Below are positions 46,784-55,538 of a DNA stretch of 64,000 nucleotides, one piece after another. Every line of letters starts with the position of its first letter. Positions within the stretch are counted from its first letter, which is position 1. Source of the stretch: Candidatus Pacearchaeota archaeon CG10_big_fil_rev_8_21_14_0_10_34_76 (GTDB taxonomy: Archaea; Nanobdellota; Nanobdellia; Pacearchaeales; GW2011-AR1). The DNA lies in the NCBI GenBank assembly GCA_002763075.1, contig PFDB01000002.1, positions 62,286 through 126,285 of the forward strand, given 5' to 3'. A program made the translations under genes and the position numbers. Under the pieces are notes generated by a model that had not been told where the DNA came from, ran no database searches, and saw only the letters and a list, made by a program, of their open reading frames with translations.

Positions 46784-47044
46784 ATGGTTCAACATTTACC
46801 TGAATGGATAATGAAGCGTTATTCTAAACTGTGGAACAAATTCAAAGATAAAGAGTTTACAAAGGTAGATGCAGAAAAAGTTCTTACAGGTGATACCTCT
46901 CTTCCAGTTTTATTATCTGAATTGAGAAAAGCTGGATGGTTGGAGATGAAGATGTCTGAAGAAGATGCAAGAAAAACAATCTATAAGTTGAAAGACCCAA
47001 CAAAAGCAATCTTAGAAGAGATAAAGGAGTTGAGCAAAAAATGA
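46784..47044 (+). CDS. small hypothetical protein (86 aa), translationally coupled to the methyltransferase
   Basis: ATGA overlap with the MTase start; helical and basic. Possible specificity or regulator subunit. Confidence 0.3.
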   Translation: MVQHLPEWIMKRYSKLWNKFKDKEFTKVDAEKVLTGDTSLPVLLSELRKAGWLEMKMSEEDARKTIYKLKDPTKAILEEIKELSKK

Positions 47045-48030
47045 AACAGAAATCGTTAAATAAAAGATTACATGAGGCAAGAGGGAATAAGAATGATGAT
47101 TTTTATACACAACTAACTGATATTGAAAAAGAGTTGAAGCACTATAAAAAACATTTTAAAAACAAAGTAGTTTTTTGTAATTGTGATGACCCTCGCGTCA
47201 GTAATTTCTTTCACTATTTCTCATATAACTTTGAACAGTTAGGTTTGAAGAAACTAATTACTACTTGTTATAAAAATCAACAAATGAATTTGTTTAGTCA
47301 AAACAAATCTGAAAAAGCGATTTACTTAGAATATACTGGCGACAAAAATAAAAATAATGTCCCAGACCCTAAAGAAATCGGAATTAAACATTTAAAGGGT
47401 GATGGAGATTTTCGTAGCAAGGAATGTATTGAGTTGCTAAAACAATCAGATATTGTTGTTACCAATCCCCCATTTTCGTTATTTAGAGAATATGTCGCAC
47501 AGTTAATAGAATATAATAAAAAATTCATAATACTTGCACAACAAAATGCAATAACTTACAAGGAGACTTTTAACTTAATAAAAGAAAATAAGATTTGGTT
47601 AGGCGTTGATAATGGCGGGACAAAATGGTTTCAGGTTCCAAACAATTATGACATAACAACAGAATCAAGAAAGAAAGTAGAGGATGGTAAAAAGTTTTTT
47701 AGTATGGGTAGTGTTGTTTGGTTCACAAACTTAGATATTGAGAAAAGACATGAAGATTTAATCCTTTACAAAACATACAAAGGGCATGAAAAAGAATATC
47801 CAAAATATGATAAATACGATATTATTAATGTTGATAAAGTAAGCGATATTCCTATTGATTATAAGGGAGTAATGGGTGTGCCTATCACTTTCTTAGATAA
47901 ACATAATCCTGAACAATTTGAAGTTCTAGGAATTGCCAATAGTGCCAGATGGATTGGTTTTGAGTGCTATACTTTGATTAAGGGCAAGAAGATATATAAT
48001 AGAATTCTTATAAAGAATAAGAGAATTTAA
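47041..48030 (+). CDS. N6-adenine DNA methyltransferase (NPPF motif; EcoRI-methylase-like family)
   Basis: IVVTNPPFSLF motif IV of N6A/N4C MTases; 329 aa. Confidence 0.6.
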   Translation: MKQKSLNKRLHEARGNKNDDFYTQLTDIEKELKHYKKHFKNKVVFCNCDDPRVSNFFHYFSYNFEQLGLKKLITTCYKNQQMNLFSQNKSEKAIYLEYTGDKNKNNVPDPKEIGIKHLKGDGDFRSKECIELLKQSDIVVTNPPFSLFREYVAQLIEYNKKFIILAQQNAITYKETFNLIKENKIWLGVDNGGTKWFQVPNNYDITTESRKKVEDGKKFFSMGSVVWFTNLDIEKRHEDLILYKTYKGHEKEYPKYDKYDIINVDKVSDIPIDYKGVMGVPITFLDKHNPEQFEVLGIANSARWIGFECYTLIKGKKIYNRILIKNKRI

Positions 48031-48054
48031 ATAAATAGTTTCTAATATTATTCT

Positions 48055-49131
48055 ATGAAGATAGAACTCAAAAAAATTACAGTTGCCGAATTATCAAAAG
48101 GTTATCAAGACAATGCAGAAGCTGGTGTAGTTGGGTTCGGTGGCAAACTTGATATTCGTCCACCATTTCAAAGAGAATTTGTTTACAAAGACAAACAGCG
48201 TGATGCTGTTATTCACACTGTTACAAAGGATTTTCCTCTTAATGTAATGTACTGGGCTGTGCGTGATGATGGAACATTTGAGATAATAGATGGACAGCAA
48301 AGAACAATCTCACTTTGCCAGTATGTCGCAGGTGACTTCTCAATTAAAGGATTGGCGTTTCACAATCTTCCAAAAGATAAAAGAGAGCAAATCCTAAAAT
48401 ATCCTTTGATGATATATTTGTGTTCAGGAAAAGATAGCGAAAAATTAGAATGGTTCAGAACAATTAATATTGCTGGAGAACAGCTTACAGACCAAGAATT
48501 ACGAAACGCCGTTTATTCTGGTTCATGGGTTTCTGATGCCAAACGTTATTTTTCTAAAAATAGCAGACCAAAAATAGGTGATGATTATTTAAGCGGTAGT
48601 GCAATCCGACAAGAGTATTTGGAAACGGCTATTGACTGGATTTCAAAGGGGAAAATAGAGGATTACATGTCAAGGCATCAACATGACCCTAATGCAAATG
48701 AACTATGGCTATACTTTCAGGCAGTTATAAATTGGGTAAAAGTAACGTTCCCCAAATATCGTAAAGAAATGAAATCTGTCCCTTGGGGAGTTTTATTTAA
48801 TGAATTTAAAGATAAAAAACTTGATTCAAAGAAGCTGGAAAAAGAGATAACTGAGTTAATGCAAGATGATGATGTTACTAAAAAATCTGGGATTTATCCT
48901 TATGTCTTAACGAGAAACGAGAGATACCTAAACATTCGTTCTTTCACAGATAATATGAAAAGAGAAGCATACGAAAGACAGAAAGGTATTTGTCCTAAAT
49001 GTAAAAAACACTTTGAGATAGAAGGAATGGAAGCAGACCATATAAAACCTTGGCATGAGGGAGGGCAAACTATAGCAAAGAACTGCCAGATGCTCTGTAA
49101 ACAAGATAATAGGCTTAAATCGGGGATATAA
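48055..49131 (+). CDS. DUF262 (ParB/Srx-like, DGQQR) + C-terminal HNH nuclease protein; GmrSD-like defense nuclease
   Basis: IIDGQQRTISL DUF262 signature. C-terminal CPKCKKHFE...EADHIKPWHEGGQTIAKNCQMLCKQDNRLK HNH motif. Confidence 0.65.
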   Translation: MKIELKKITVAELSKGYQDNAEAGVVGFGGKLDIRPPFQREFVYKDKQRDAVIHTVTKDFPLNVMYWAVRDDGTFEIIDGQQRTISLCQYVAGDFSIKGLAFHNLPKDKREQILKYPLMIYLCSGKDSEKLEWFRTINIAGEQLTDQELRNAVYSGSWVSDAKRYFSKNSRPKIGDDYLSGSAIRQEYLETAIDWISKGKIEDYMSRHQHDPNANELWLYFQAVINWVKVTFPKYRKEMKSVPWGVLFNEFKDKKLDSKKLEKEITELMQDDDVTKKSGIYPYVLTRNERYLNIRSFTDNMKREAYERQKGICPKCKKHFEIEGMEADHIKPWHEGGQTIAKNCQMLCKQDNRLKSGI

Positions 49132-49132
49132 A

Positions 49133-49465
49133 ATGCTAGAACCACCAACAGATACAACAGGCAGTCCAATAAAAGAATTTATAGAGCAAACGAAGAATCA
49201 GGCTCTTGCTGGATTAGGAGACTGGGAGTTTAAAGCACCTATTGAATTAGAACTCAATACCATTGTTTCTGGCAAGGCTGGTGGAGGGATTGATATTAAG
49301 GTTATCAATTTTGGAGCCAAAGTTGAGGCTGAACAGCAGCAAAAAATCAAGATTTCTATAGGTCCAAAAGATGAAGCAGAACAAGAAGAAAAGAAGGCAA
49401 AAATAGAAACTGCGAAATACCTTCAAAAAAGACCCCATTTAAGTGTACCTAATGTAAATAAGTAA
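49133..49465 (+). CDS. small hypothetical protein (110 aa), possibly Trypco2-like beta-rich domain
   Basis: Start 2 nt after the DUF262-HNH stop. IELELNTIVSGKAGGGIDIKVINFGAKVE...KIKISIGP resembles the trypsin-co-occurring domain 2. From memory only. Confidence 0.3.
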   Translation: MLEPPTDTTGSPIKEFIEQTKNQALAGLGDWEFKAPIELELNTIVSGKAGGGIDIKVINFGAKVEAEQQQKIKISIGPKDEAEQEEKKAKIETAKYLQKRPHLSVPNVNK

Positions 49466-49486
49466 GCTATTTTAACCTATAAATTA

Positions 49487-49553
49487 TTTATGTGCAAAAA
49501 GAGTTTGTTAATGTGCAGTATTTAGATTATGTGCAAAGCCTTAAAGAACGTAA
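49487..49553. repeat. three direct TATGTGCA(A) motifs plus a 24-bp near-copy of 43878-43900 (ttatgtGcaaagCcttaaagaac); right island boundary
   Basis: Read directly. Motif spacing is 22 and 17 nt. Confidence 0.5.
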
Positions 49554-49848
49554 ATTATTTAAACCCCATGATTTGTTTAAAAATATGGGAATGTTGACAA
49601 GAAAAATTGAAGGAAGAGTATTAGATGTAAGTTATGGTTTTGACCCTGGAACCATGGGTAGCGATTATACCCGCATTAGTGTTGAAACGAATGATGGGCA
49701 AGAGTCTTTTGTATTTCGAGATCACACTCATCGTCCAATAGATAAGGGGGATCTTGTAAAAATTAGATCTCCTAGGATGGTTATTCATAATCTTTCTAAC
49801 TATTTATTAGGTGAGTCTTTTGCATTATCATATGAGGTTATTGAATGA
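49492..49848 (+). CDS. hypothetical protein (118 aa, GTG start)
   Basis: ORF overlapping the repeat cluster. Immediately upstream of, and overlapping, the epimerase gene. Confidence 0.3.
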   Translation: MQKEFVNVQYLDYVQSLKERKLFKPHDLFKNMGMLTRKIEGRVLDVSYGFDPGTMGSDYTRISVETNDGQESFVFRDHTHRPIDKGDLVKIRSPRMVIHNLSNYLLGESFALSYEVIE

Positions 49849-50792
49849 AGGTTCTTGTTACTGGAGGACTTGGGCATATAGGATCTAAACTTATCAGAGA
49901 GTATGCTAAAAGAGATGATGTTGAACTTGTGAGAGTTTTAGACAACTTTTTTGTGCAGAGATATTGTTCTTTATTTGACCTTCCTCTAAATAAAAAATAT
50001 GAGTTTATAGGGGGAGACATTAAGAACAAGGAAGATGTTGAAAAGGCCGTGAAGGATATTGACCTTGTCGTGCATTTGGCTGCAATCACTGATGCACCTT
50101 CCACTATAAATAATGAGGAGGAAACGTTTAGGGTGAATTTAGAAGGCACAAAAAATGTTTTAGAAGCGTCTGCTAAGGCAGGGGTTAAGAGATTCTTGTT
50201 CCCTTCAACTACCTCTGTTTATGGTGAAGCTGAAGGCGTTGTTGATGAAAAAACAATTGATTTGAAACCTGCCAGCCCCTATGCAAAAGCAAAGTTAGAG
50301 GCGGAATCTTTTGTTAAAAATGCTTACAAAGAACTTGGAATTGAAACTATTGTTTTAAGAAAGGGGACCATATTTGGAACCAGTATCGGTATGAGGTTCC
50401 ATACTGCCGTAAATAAATTCTGCTATTTGGCTGCAATGAATAAGCCATTGACTGTCTGGGATAGCGCTTTAGAAAGCAAGAGGCCTTATTTGAGTTTGGA
50501 TGATGATATTAAAGCACTTCAATTCTTTGAGAAAAATGGAAGTCCTGGAGAATTATATAATGTTTTGACTAAGAATTACACTATGCATGAAATAATAGAT
50601 GCAATTAAAAAACATGCTCCTGAAACTAATATAACTATAACTAAATCACCCATTTTGAACCAAAAGCCTTATCATGTTGATGACAGGAAAATTAAAGAAT
50701 TAGGATTTGTTCCTGAAGGGAACCTTGATGAAGATATAGGAAAAACTCTAAGATTGTTTAAGGCTATACAAAATTCTAATCTAGGCATTTAA
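49845..50792 (+). CDS. NAD-dependent NDP-sugar epimerase/dehydratase (SDR)
   Basis: VLVTGGLGHIGSKL; YAKAK (YxxxK). Confidence 0.7.
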   Translation: MKVLVTGGLGHIGSKLIREYAKRDDVELVRVLDNFFVQRYCSLFDLPLNKKYEFIGGDIKNKEDVEKAVKDIDLVVHLAAITDAPSTINNEEETFRVNLEGTKNVLEASAKAGVKRFLFPSTTSVYGEAEGVVDEKTIDLKPASPYAKAKLEAESFVKNAYKELGIETIVLRKGTIFGTSIGMRFHTAVNKFCYLAAMNKPLTVWDSALESKRPYLSLDDDIKALQFFEKNGSPGELYNVLTKNYTMHEIIDAIKKHAPETNITITKSPILNQKPYHVDDRKIKELGFVPEGNLDEDIGKTLRLFKAIQNSNLGI

Positions 50793-51776
50793 ATGGATCA
50801 AAAACTAAAGGATAAAAAAATTTTGATTACAGGAGGTCTGGGGTTTATAGGGAGTAATCTTGCCAGAAGAGCTGTTGAGGAGGGTGCTGAAGTCACTCTT
50901 TTTGTAAGGTCTGGGAAAAGTTTAGAAAACATTCAAGACATAAAAGAAAAGGTTTCTGTAATTGAAGGAGAGATATCTAAAAATGAAGATTTAGAAAAAG
51001 CTGTAAAAGATAAGAACTACATTTTTCATTTTGCTTGGCAAACAGATTTGAAAAAATCAATGGCTAATCCAGAAGAAGATATATCTGAAGATTTAGTAGG
51101 TGTAATAAAATTACTTGAGGTTTGTAAAAATCATAATAAGGATGCTAAAATAATTTTTGCAAGTAGTGTGACGGTTATTGGAGAGACTGATAAACTTAGC
51201 CCTAATGAATTAGATAAAGAAAATCCCTTATCCATATATGAAGCTAATAAGTTAATAGCTGAAAAATATCTTAAGATTTATTACGACGTTCATGGAATAA
51301 AGTCTACAGTTTTGAGAATTTCCAATGTTTTTGGAGAGCGCCAGAGGATTGATAATCCTAACAGGGGAATATTGAATTTCATGATCGGAAGGGCATTAAG
51401 GGGGGAAGATCTAACTGTTTACGGAGATGGTGAATTTGTAAGAGATTATTGCTATATACAAAATTATATGGATGCTTTTATCCTCTCTGCTATTTCAGAC
51501 AAAACAAATGGAGAGGTATTCACGTTAGGTTCTGGTGAGGGGAGGACATTTAATGAGGTTGTGAGAAAAATTAAAGAAATCGTGGAAGAAATGTCTGGAA
51601 AGAATGTTAAAATTACCCATGTACCTTTCCCTGAAGGAGAAAATAAAATTAACAAGAGAAACTTTATTGCTGATTTCTCTAAATTCACTAAATCAACTGG
51701 GTGGAAACCTGAAATTTCTTTTGAGAATGGCCTGAGAAGAACAATTGAATTCTATTATAACAAAGGTTATAAATGA
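50793..51776 (+). CDS. NAD-dependent NDP-sugar epimerase/dehydratase (SDR), second paralog
   Basis: ILITGGLGFIGSNLARR; YEANK (YxxxK). Confidence 0.7.
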   Translation: MDQKLKDKKILITGGLGFIGSNLARRAVEEGAEVTLFVRSGKSLENIQDIKEKVSVIEGEISKNEDLEKAVKDKNYIFHFAWQTDLKKSMANPEEDISEDLVGVIKLLEVCKNHNKDAKIIFASSVTVIGETDKLSPNELDKENPLSIYEANKLIAEKYLKIYYDVHGIKSTVLRISNVFGERQRIDNPNRGILNFMIGRALRGEDLTVYGDGEFVRDYCYIQNYMDAFILSAISDKTNGEVFTLGSGEGRTFNEVVRKIKEIVEEMSGKNVKITHVPFPEGENKINKRNFIADFSKFTKSTGWKPEISFENGLRRTIEFYYNKGYK

Positions 51777-53034
51777 AAATCAGAGTCCTATTTTGTCTAT
51801 GGATGAAGAAAAAATTAAAAAAAGCTTCTTTAATCTGAAAAAAGATATTGAAAAATTGAAGGATGGGCTTGAAAGTGTATTTAGAAGAATCATTGATATG
51901 GAAAATGCTGTTCCTGTTGAAAAAATAGATGAGAAGAGTCCAATTTTCACCTCTAAAGTCTTTGTAAACAATGACATGCTTCAGGCTGTAAAAGAAGTAT
52001 TTGAATCAGGCATTTTTGTATTGGGAGAGAAGACAATAGAATTTGAAAGAAAATTTGCTGATTTCTCTGGAGCAAAGCATGCTATTGCGATGGCAAATGG
52101 AACTGTTGCTATAGAAATCGCACTGAAAGCATTGGGCATTGAAGAAGGTGATGAGGTGATTGTGCCTTCATTTACTACAATGCCAACCATAGAACCAATT
52201 TTACACCTGAAAGCAAAGCCTGTTTTCGCAGACATTGATGAAAAAACCTATACTCTTGATCATACGAAAATAGAAAAATTGATCACAAATAAAACAAAAG
52301 CTATTATGCCCGTACATATCTATGGAAATCCTGCAAATATGAAGGAAATGCAAAAAATATGCAAAAAACATAAACTCTTTTTGATTGAAGATTGTGCCCA
52401 GGCGCATAATGCGCGCTATGATGGAAAGCATGTAGGAACATTTGGAGACATTGGATGCTTTAGCTTTTATCCAACAAAAAACCTTACTGTATGTGGAGAG
52501 GGAGGCATGGCCGTAACTGACTCAGATGAGATTGCAAGAAAAATGAGGATGCTCATAAGCCATGGAGAAAATGGAAGATACAATCATGTTATCTTGGGAC
52601 ACAATTACAGGCTTAGTGAGATACATGCTGCGATTGGGATAAAACAACTAGAATTATTAAATGATTTCAGTGAGAGAAGAAGATATATAGCTAAACTATA
52701 TCGTGAATTGCTCTATGATACTGGGCTGGTCCTTCCAGAAGATCAAGAAAATGGAAGACATTCTTATCATCTTTATGTAATCCGCACTGATAGCAAAAAA
52801 AGAGATGAAATCATAAAAAGATTGAAAGAAGATAATATCCATTGCGGAATCCATTATCCTGTGCCGTGTCATAAGCAAAAGATAGTGAAAGATATGAAAT
52901 TAAGTAAAATCTCTCTTCCAGTCACTGAAAAATATGTTGAAGAAATAATTTCATTGCCAATATACCCTGAATTAAAGGATAATGAAATAAAGTTCATATC
53001 TGAAAGAATGAAGAATGTTCTTCAAGAATTATAG
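51745..53034 (+). CDS. DegT/DnrJ/EryC1/StrS-family PLP-dependent sugar aminotransferase
   Basis: GDEVIVPSFTTMPT... and the DegT core. About 70 aa of coiled-coil-like N-terminal sequence make the start ambiguous (alternative Met at 51799 or 51901). Confidence 0.75.
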   Translation: MNSIITKVINENQSPILSMDEEKIKKSFFNLKKDIEKLKDGLESVFRRIIDMENAVPVEKIDEKSPIFTSKVFVNNDMLQAVKEVFESGIFVLGEKTIEFERKFADFSGAKHAIAMANGTVAIEIALKALGIEEGDEVIVPSFTTMPTIEPILHLKAKPVFADIDEKTYTLDHTKIEKLITNKTKAIMPVHIYGNPANMKEMQKICKKHKLFLIEDCAQAHNARYDGKHVGTFGDIGCFSFYPTKNLTVCGEGGMAVTDSDEIARKMRMLISHGENGRYNHVILGHNYRLSEIHAAIGIKQLELLNDFSERRRYIAKLYRELLYDTGLVLPEDQENGRHSYHLYVIRTDSKKRDEIIKRLKEDNIHCGIHYPVPCHKQKIVKDMKLSKISLPVTEKYVEEIISLPIYPELKDNEIKFISERMKNVLQEL

Positions 53035-53844
53035 AAAAGCATCTGTTAATTTTTTCTTTAGTGAGTCAAGCTCTTCTTGAAATCTTTTTATTTCATCTAC
53101 AATTTCGTTGCCCCCATTTGAGCCATTTGATTTCTGGCTTAGATAATTGCTTGATTTCTGAAGGCTTTCGAAAGTACCTGCATCTGACCAGAACCCATTC
53201 AAAACCTCATATGTGCATTGTCCATTCTTGACATAATTGTCTATTGCATCAGTTATCTCAAACTCTCCTCTTGCAGAAGGTGAGAGTCTATCTATTATCC
53301 TAAATATCTCTGAGTCAAAAAAATACAATCCAGTCATAGCAAGATTGCTTTTTGGGTCCTTTGGCTTTTCTTCTACATATACTACTTTATCTCCTTCGAT
53401 GACCGCACATCCGAATCTTTGAGCACTTTCAATTGGAACTTCCTTGAGGAATATTTTTGCCCCTTGTTCTTGTCTTGTAAACTTTTCAACTGAATCTTTT
53501 ATATTATCTTCAAATATATTATCGCCGAGTATGACGACGCATTTATCATTTCCCACGAACTTTCTTCCGACATTCAGTGCCTGAGCTATTCCACCAGCTT
53601 CCTCTTGAATGTCATAACTTAAATCAACTCCAAATTCTTTCCCAGAACCTAACAAATTAAGAAAATGACCTGCATGTCCTGGACCTGATACTATCAATAT
53701 GTCTTTTATTCCTGCCTCAGCCAAAGTTTTTATGGGATAGTATATCATTGGTTTGTCATAGACAGGTAAGAGATGTTTATTTGTGACTTTTGTGCATGGA
53801 TAAAGTCTTGAGCCAGTTCCTCCGGCAAGAATTACTCCTTTCAT
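53029..53844 (-). CDS. rmlA: glucose-1-phosphate thymidylyltransferase (RmlA-like)
   Basis: MKGVILAGGTGSRLYPCTKVTNKHLLPVYDKPMIYYPI. Start placed at the internal Met, directly abutting the rmlB stop. Confidence 0.75.
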   Translation of the reverse strand: MKGVILAGGTGSRLYPCTKVTNKHLLPVYDKPMIYYPIKTLAEAGIKDILIVSGPGHAGHFLNLLGSGKEFGVDLSYDIQEEAGGIAQALNVGRKFVGNDKCVVILGDNIFEDNIKDSVEKFTRQEQGAKIFLKEVPIESAQRFGCAVIEGDKVVYVEEKPKDPKSNLAMTGLYFFDSEIFRIIDRLSPSARGEFEITDAIDNYVKNGQCTYEVLNGFWSDAGTFESLQKSSNYLSQKSNGSNGGNEIVDEIKRFQEELDSLKKKLTDAFL

Positions 53845-54851
53845 GATGTTCTCCTGTCTGAGATATTTTTTAAAGGTTCCCACCAGACATTGTTATCCCT
53901 ATACCAGTTTAGAGTAAAATTCATTGCTTCTTCAAATGATGACTTTGGAGACCAGCCTAAGGACATTATCTTATCAGAGTTTAGCGAATAGCGTAAATCG
54001 TGGCCTTTCCTGTCTTCTACATATTCTATAAAATCATCATTCTTTTCCATGACAGAGATTATTTTCTTTGTCAGAGCCAAGTTTGTTATTTCATTCCCTC
54101 CCCCTATGTTATATATTTCTCCTGGTTTTCCATTATGGATTAGAAAATCCAGAGCTTCGCAATTATCTTGGACAAAGATCCAATCTCTGATATTGTTTCC
54201 TGTGCCATATACAGGTACTTTTTTTCCTTCTACTAAATTTGTAGTGAAGAGAGGGATTAATTTTTCTGGGAATTGATATGGTCCAAAGTTATTAGAAGAA
54301 CGCGTGATTATTATTGGCTGATTAAATGTCTTAAGATTCCCAAGACATATCATCTCTGCGGCAGCTTTTGATGCGCTATATGGGGAAGATGGCTTCAATG
54401 TATCTGATTCTGTACTTGAATTGTCTTCAAATCCAAGAGAGCCATATACCTCATCTGTAGATATTTGGATAAAGAGCCTTGCATTATTTTTGCGGGCTGC
54501 TTCTAAAATTGAATGGGTTCCGAGGACATTAGTGCTTATGAATATCTCTGGGTCTTTAATGGAATTATCTACGTGGGATTCTGCAGCAAAATTAACGATT
54601 ATGTCTCCTTCCTGGACTATACTTGACATTGCCTTATGGTCCCTTATATCTGCCTTTATGAACTCATAATTTTCTTTATTTTCAATGTCCTTAAGGTTGT
54701 TTGGATTTCCTGAATAGCTCAAGTTATCTATGTTCACAAAATGATAGTTTGGATATTTTTCAATCATTAATCTAAGAAAATTGCTTCCTATGAAGCCACA
54801 TCCTCCTGTGACAATTACCCTTTGTGTGTCTTGTTGGATTTGAGAACCCAT
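53841..54851 (-). CDS. rmlB: dTDP-glucose 4,6-dehydratase (RmlB)
   Basis: VIVTGGCGFIGSNF...YSASKAA (YxxxK); 336 aa. Confidence 0.8.
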   Translation of the reverse strand: MGSQIQQDTQRVIVTGGCGFIGSNFLRLMIEKYPNYHFVNIDNLSYSGNPNNLKDIENKENYEFIKADIRDHKAMSSIVQEGDIIVNFAAESHVDNSIKDPEIFISTNVLGTHSILEAARKNNARLFIQISTDEVYGSLGFEDNSSTESDTLKPSSPYSASKAAAEMICLGNLKTFNQPIIITRSSNNFGPYQFPEKLIPLFTTNLVEGKKVPVYGTGNNIRDWIFVQDNCEALDFLIHNGKPGEIYNIGGGNEITNLALTKKIISVMEKNDDFIEYVEDRKGHDLRYSLNSDKIMSLGWSPKSSFEEAMNFTLNWYRDNNVWWEPLKNISDRRTS

Positions 54852-54920
54852 GAAAATCCTAAAGACAGGAGTATTTTAAATTTAACGATAATAGAGAATA
54901 TATGTAAAATTCCGTGGGAG

Positions 54921-55406
54921 TCAGGGGCTAGGTTCTAGAGTGTCTAAACTCCAGCCAAGTCTTTTCAGAATGAGCTGTATCTGATGCTTTACCTTTTCTA
55001 TACATGAAGAGTCTTCAACATACTTCTTGATTTTATCCAATCCTCCATGGTCACTTACCTTGTCGATATGACATCCATCGCTCCAAAATTCTCCTCCCCA
55101 TAATTCTCGCTTGATCTCGCGGAATCGCTTGAAGATCATCCACGCAATGATGCTCTTGATGATTTGCATCACTTCACTCGGCGCATAACGGGGAGCTGTG
55201 CCCACGACAATATGCAAATGATCTTCTTCCATACCTATCGCATCAAACTTGAACCAGTATCTCTCACCAATACCCTTGAGAGGCTCCTTCCCGTATTCAA
55301 CAGGAACTTTTTTCAGAAAGAGCTTCTTGCGATACTTTAAAACAAATACCCTGTGATATCGAATGCGGTAGGTACCATGACATGCTCGCTCAAGCTCAAT
55401 AGCCAT
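54921..55406 (-). CDS. tnpA: IS200/IS605-family TnpA (HUH/Y1 transposase)
   Basis: YHRVFVLKYRKK, DHLHIVV HuH motif, LWGGEFWSDG...KKYVE. GC-rich relative to flanks. No tnpB nearby. Confidence 0.7.
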   Translation of the reverse strand: MAIELERACHGTYRIRYHRVFVLKYRKKLFLKKVPVEYGKEPLKGIGERYWFKFDAIGMEEDHLHIVVGTAPRYAPSEVMQIIKSIIAWMIFKRFREIKRELWGGEFWSDGCHIDKVSDHGGLDKIKKYVEDSSCIEKVKHQIQLILKRLGWSLDTLEPSP

Positions 55407-55441
55407 ATAAGGGCGATGGTTTAGAACTACTTATGGTTTTG

Positions 55442-55463
55442 CCCCAGCCACAGCAAGCTGGGG
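55442..55463. repeat. hairpin CCCCAGC-cacagcaa-GCTGGGG upstream of tnpA; IS200/IS605 left-end-like
   Basis: 7-bp perfect stem with an 8-nt loop, 36 nt upstream of the tnpA ATG. Confidence 0.4.
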
Positions 55464-55538
55464 GGTAAAATTATTTAATTTATTTTCAAAATCTTCTTAG
55501 TTCTAAATATAGTTTTTATAAAGTGTTTGCTTATCTGA

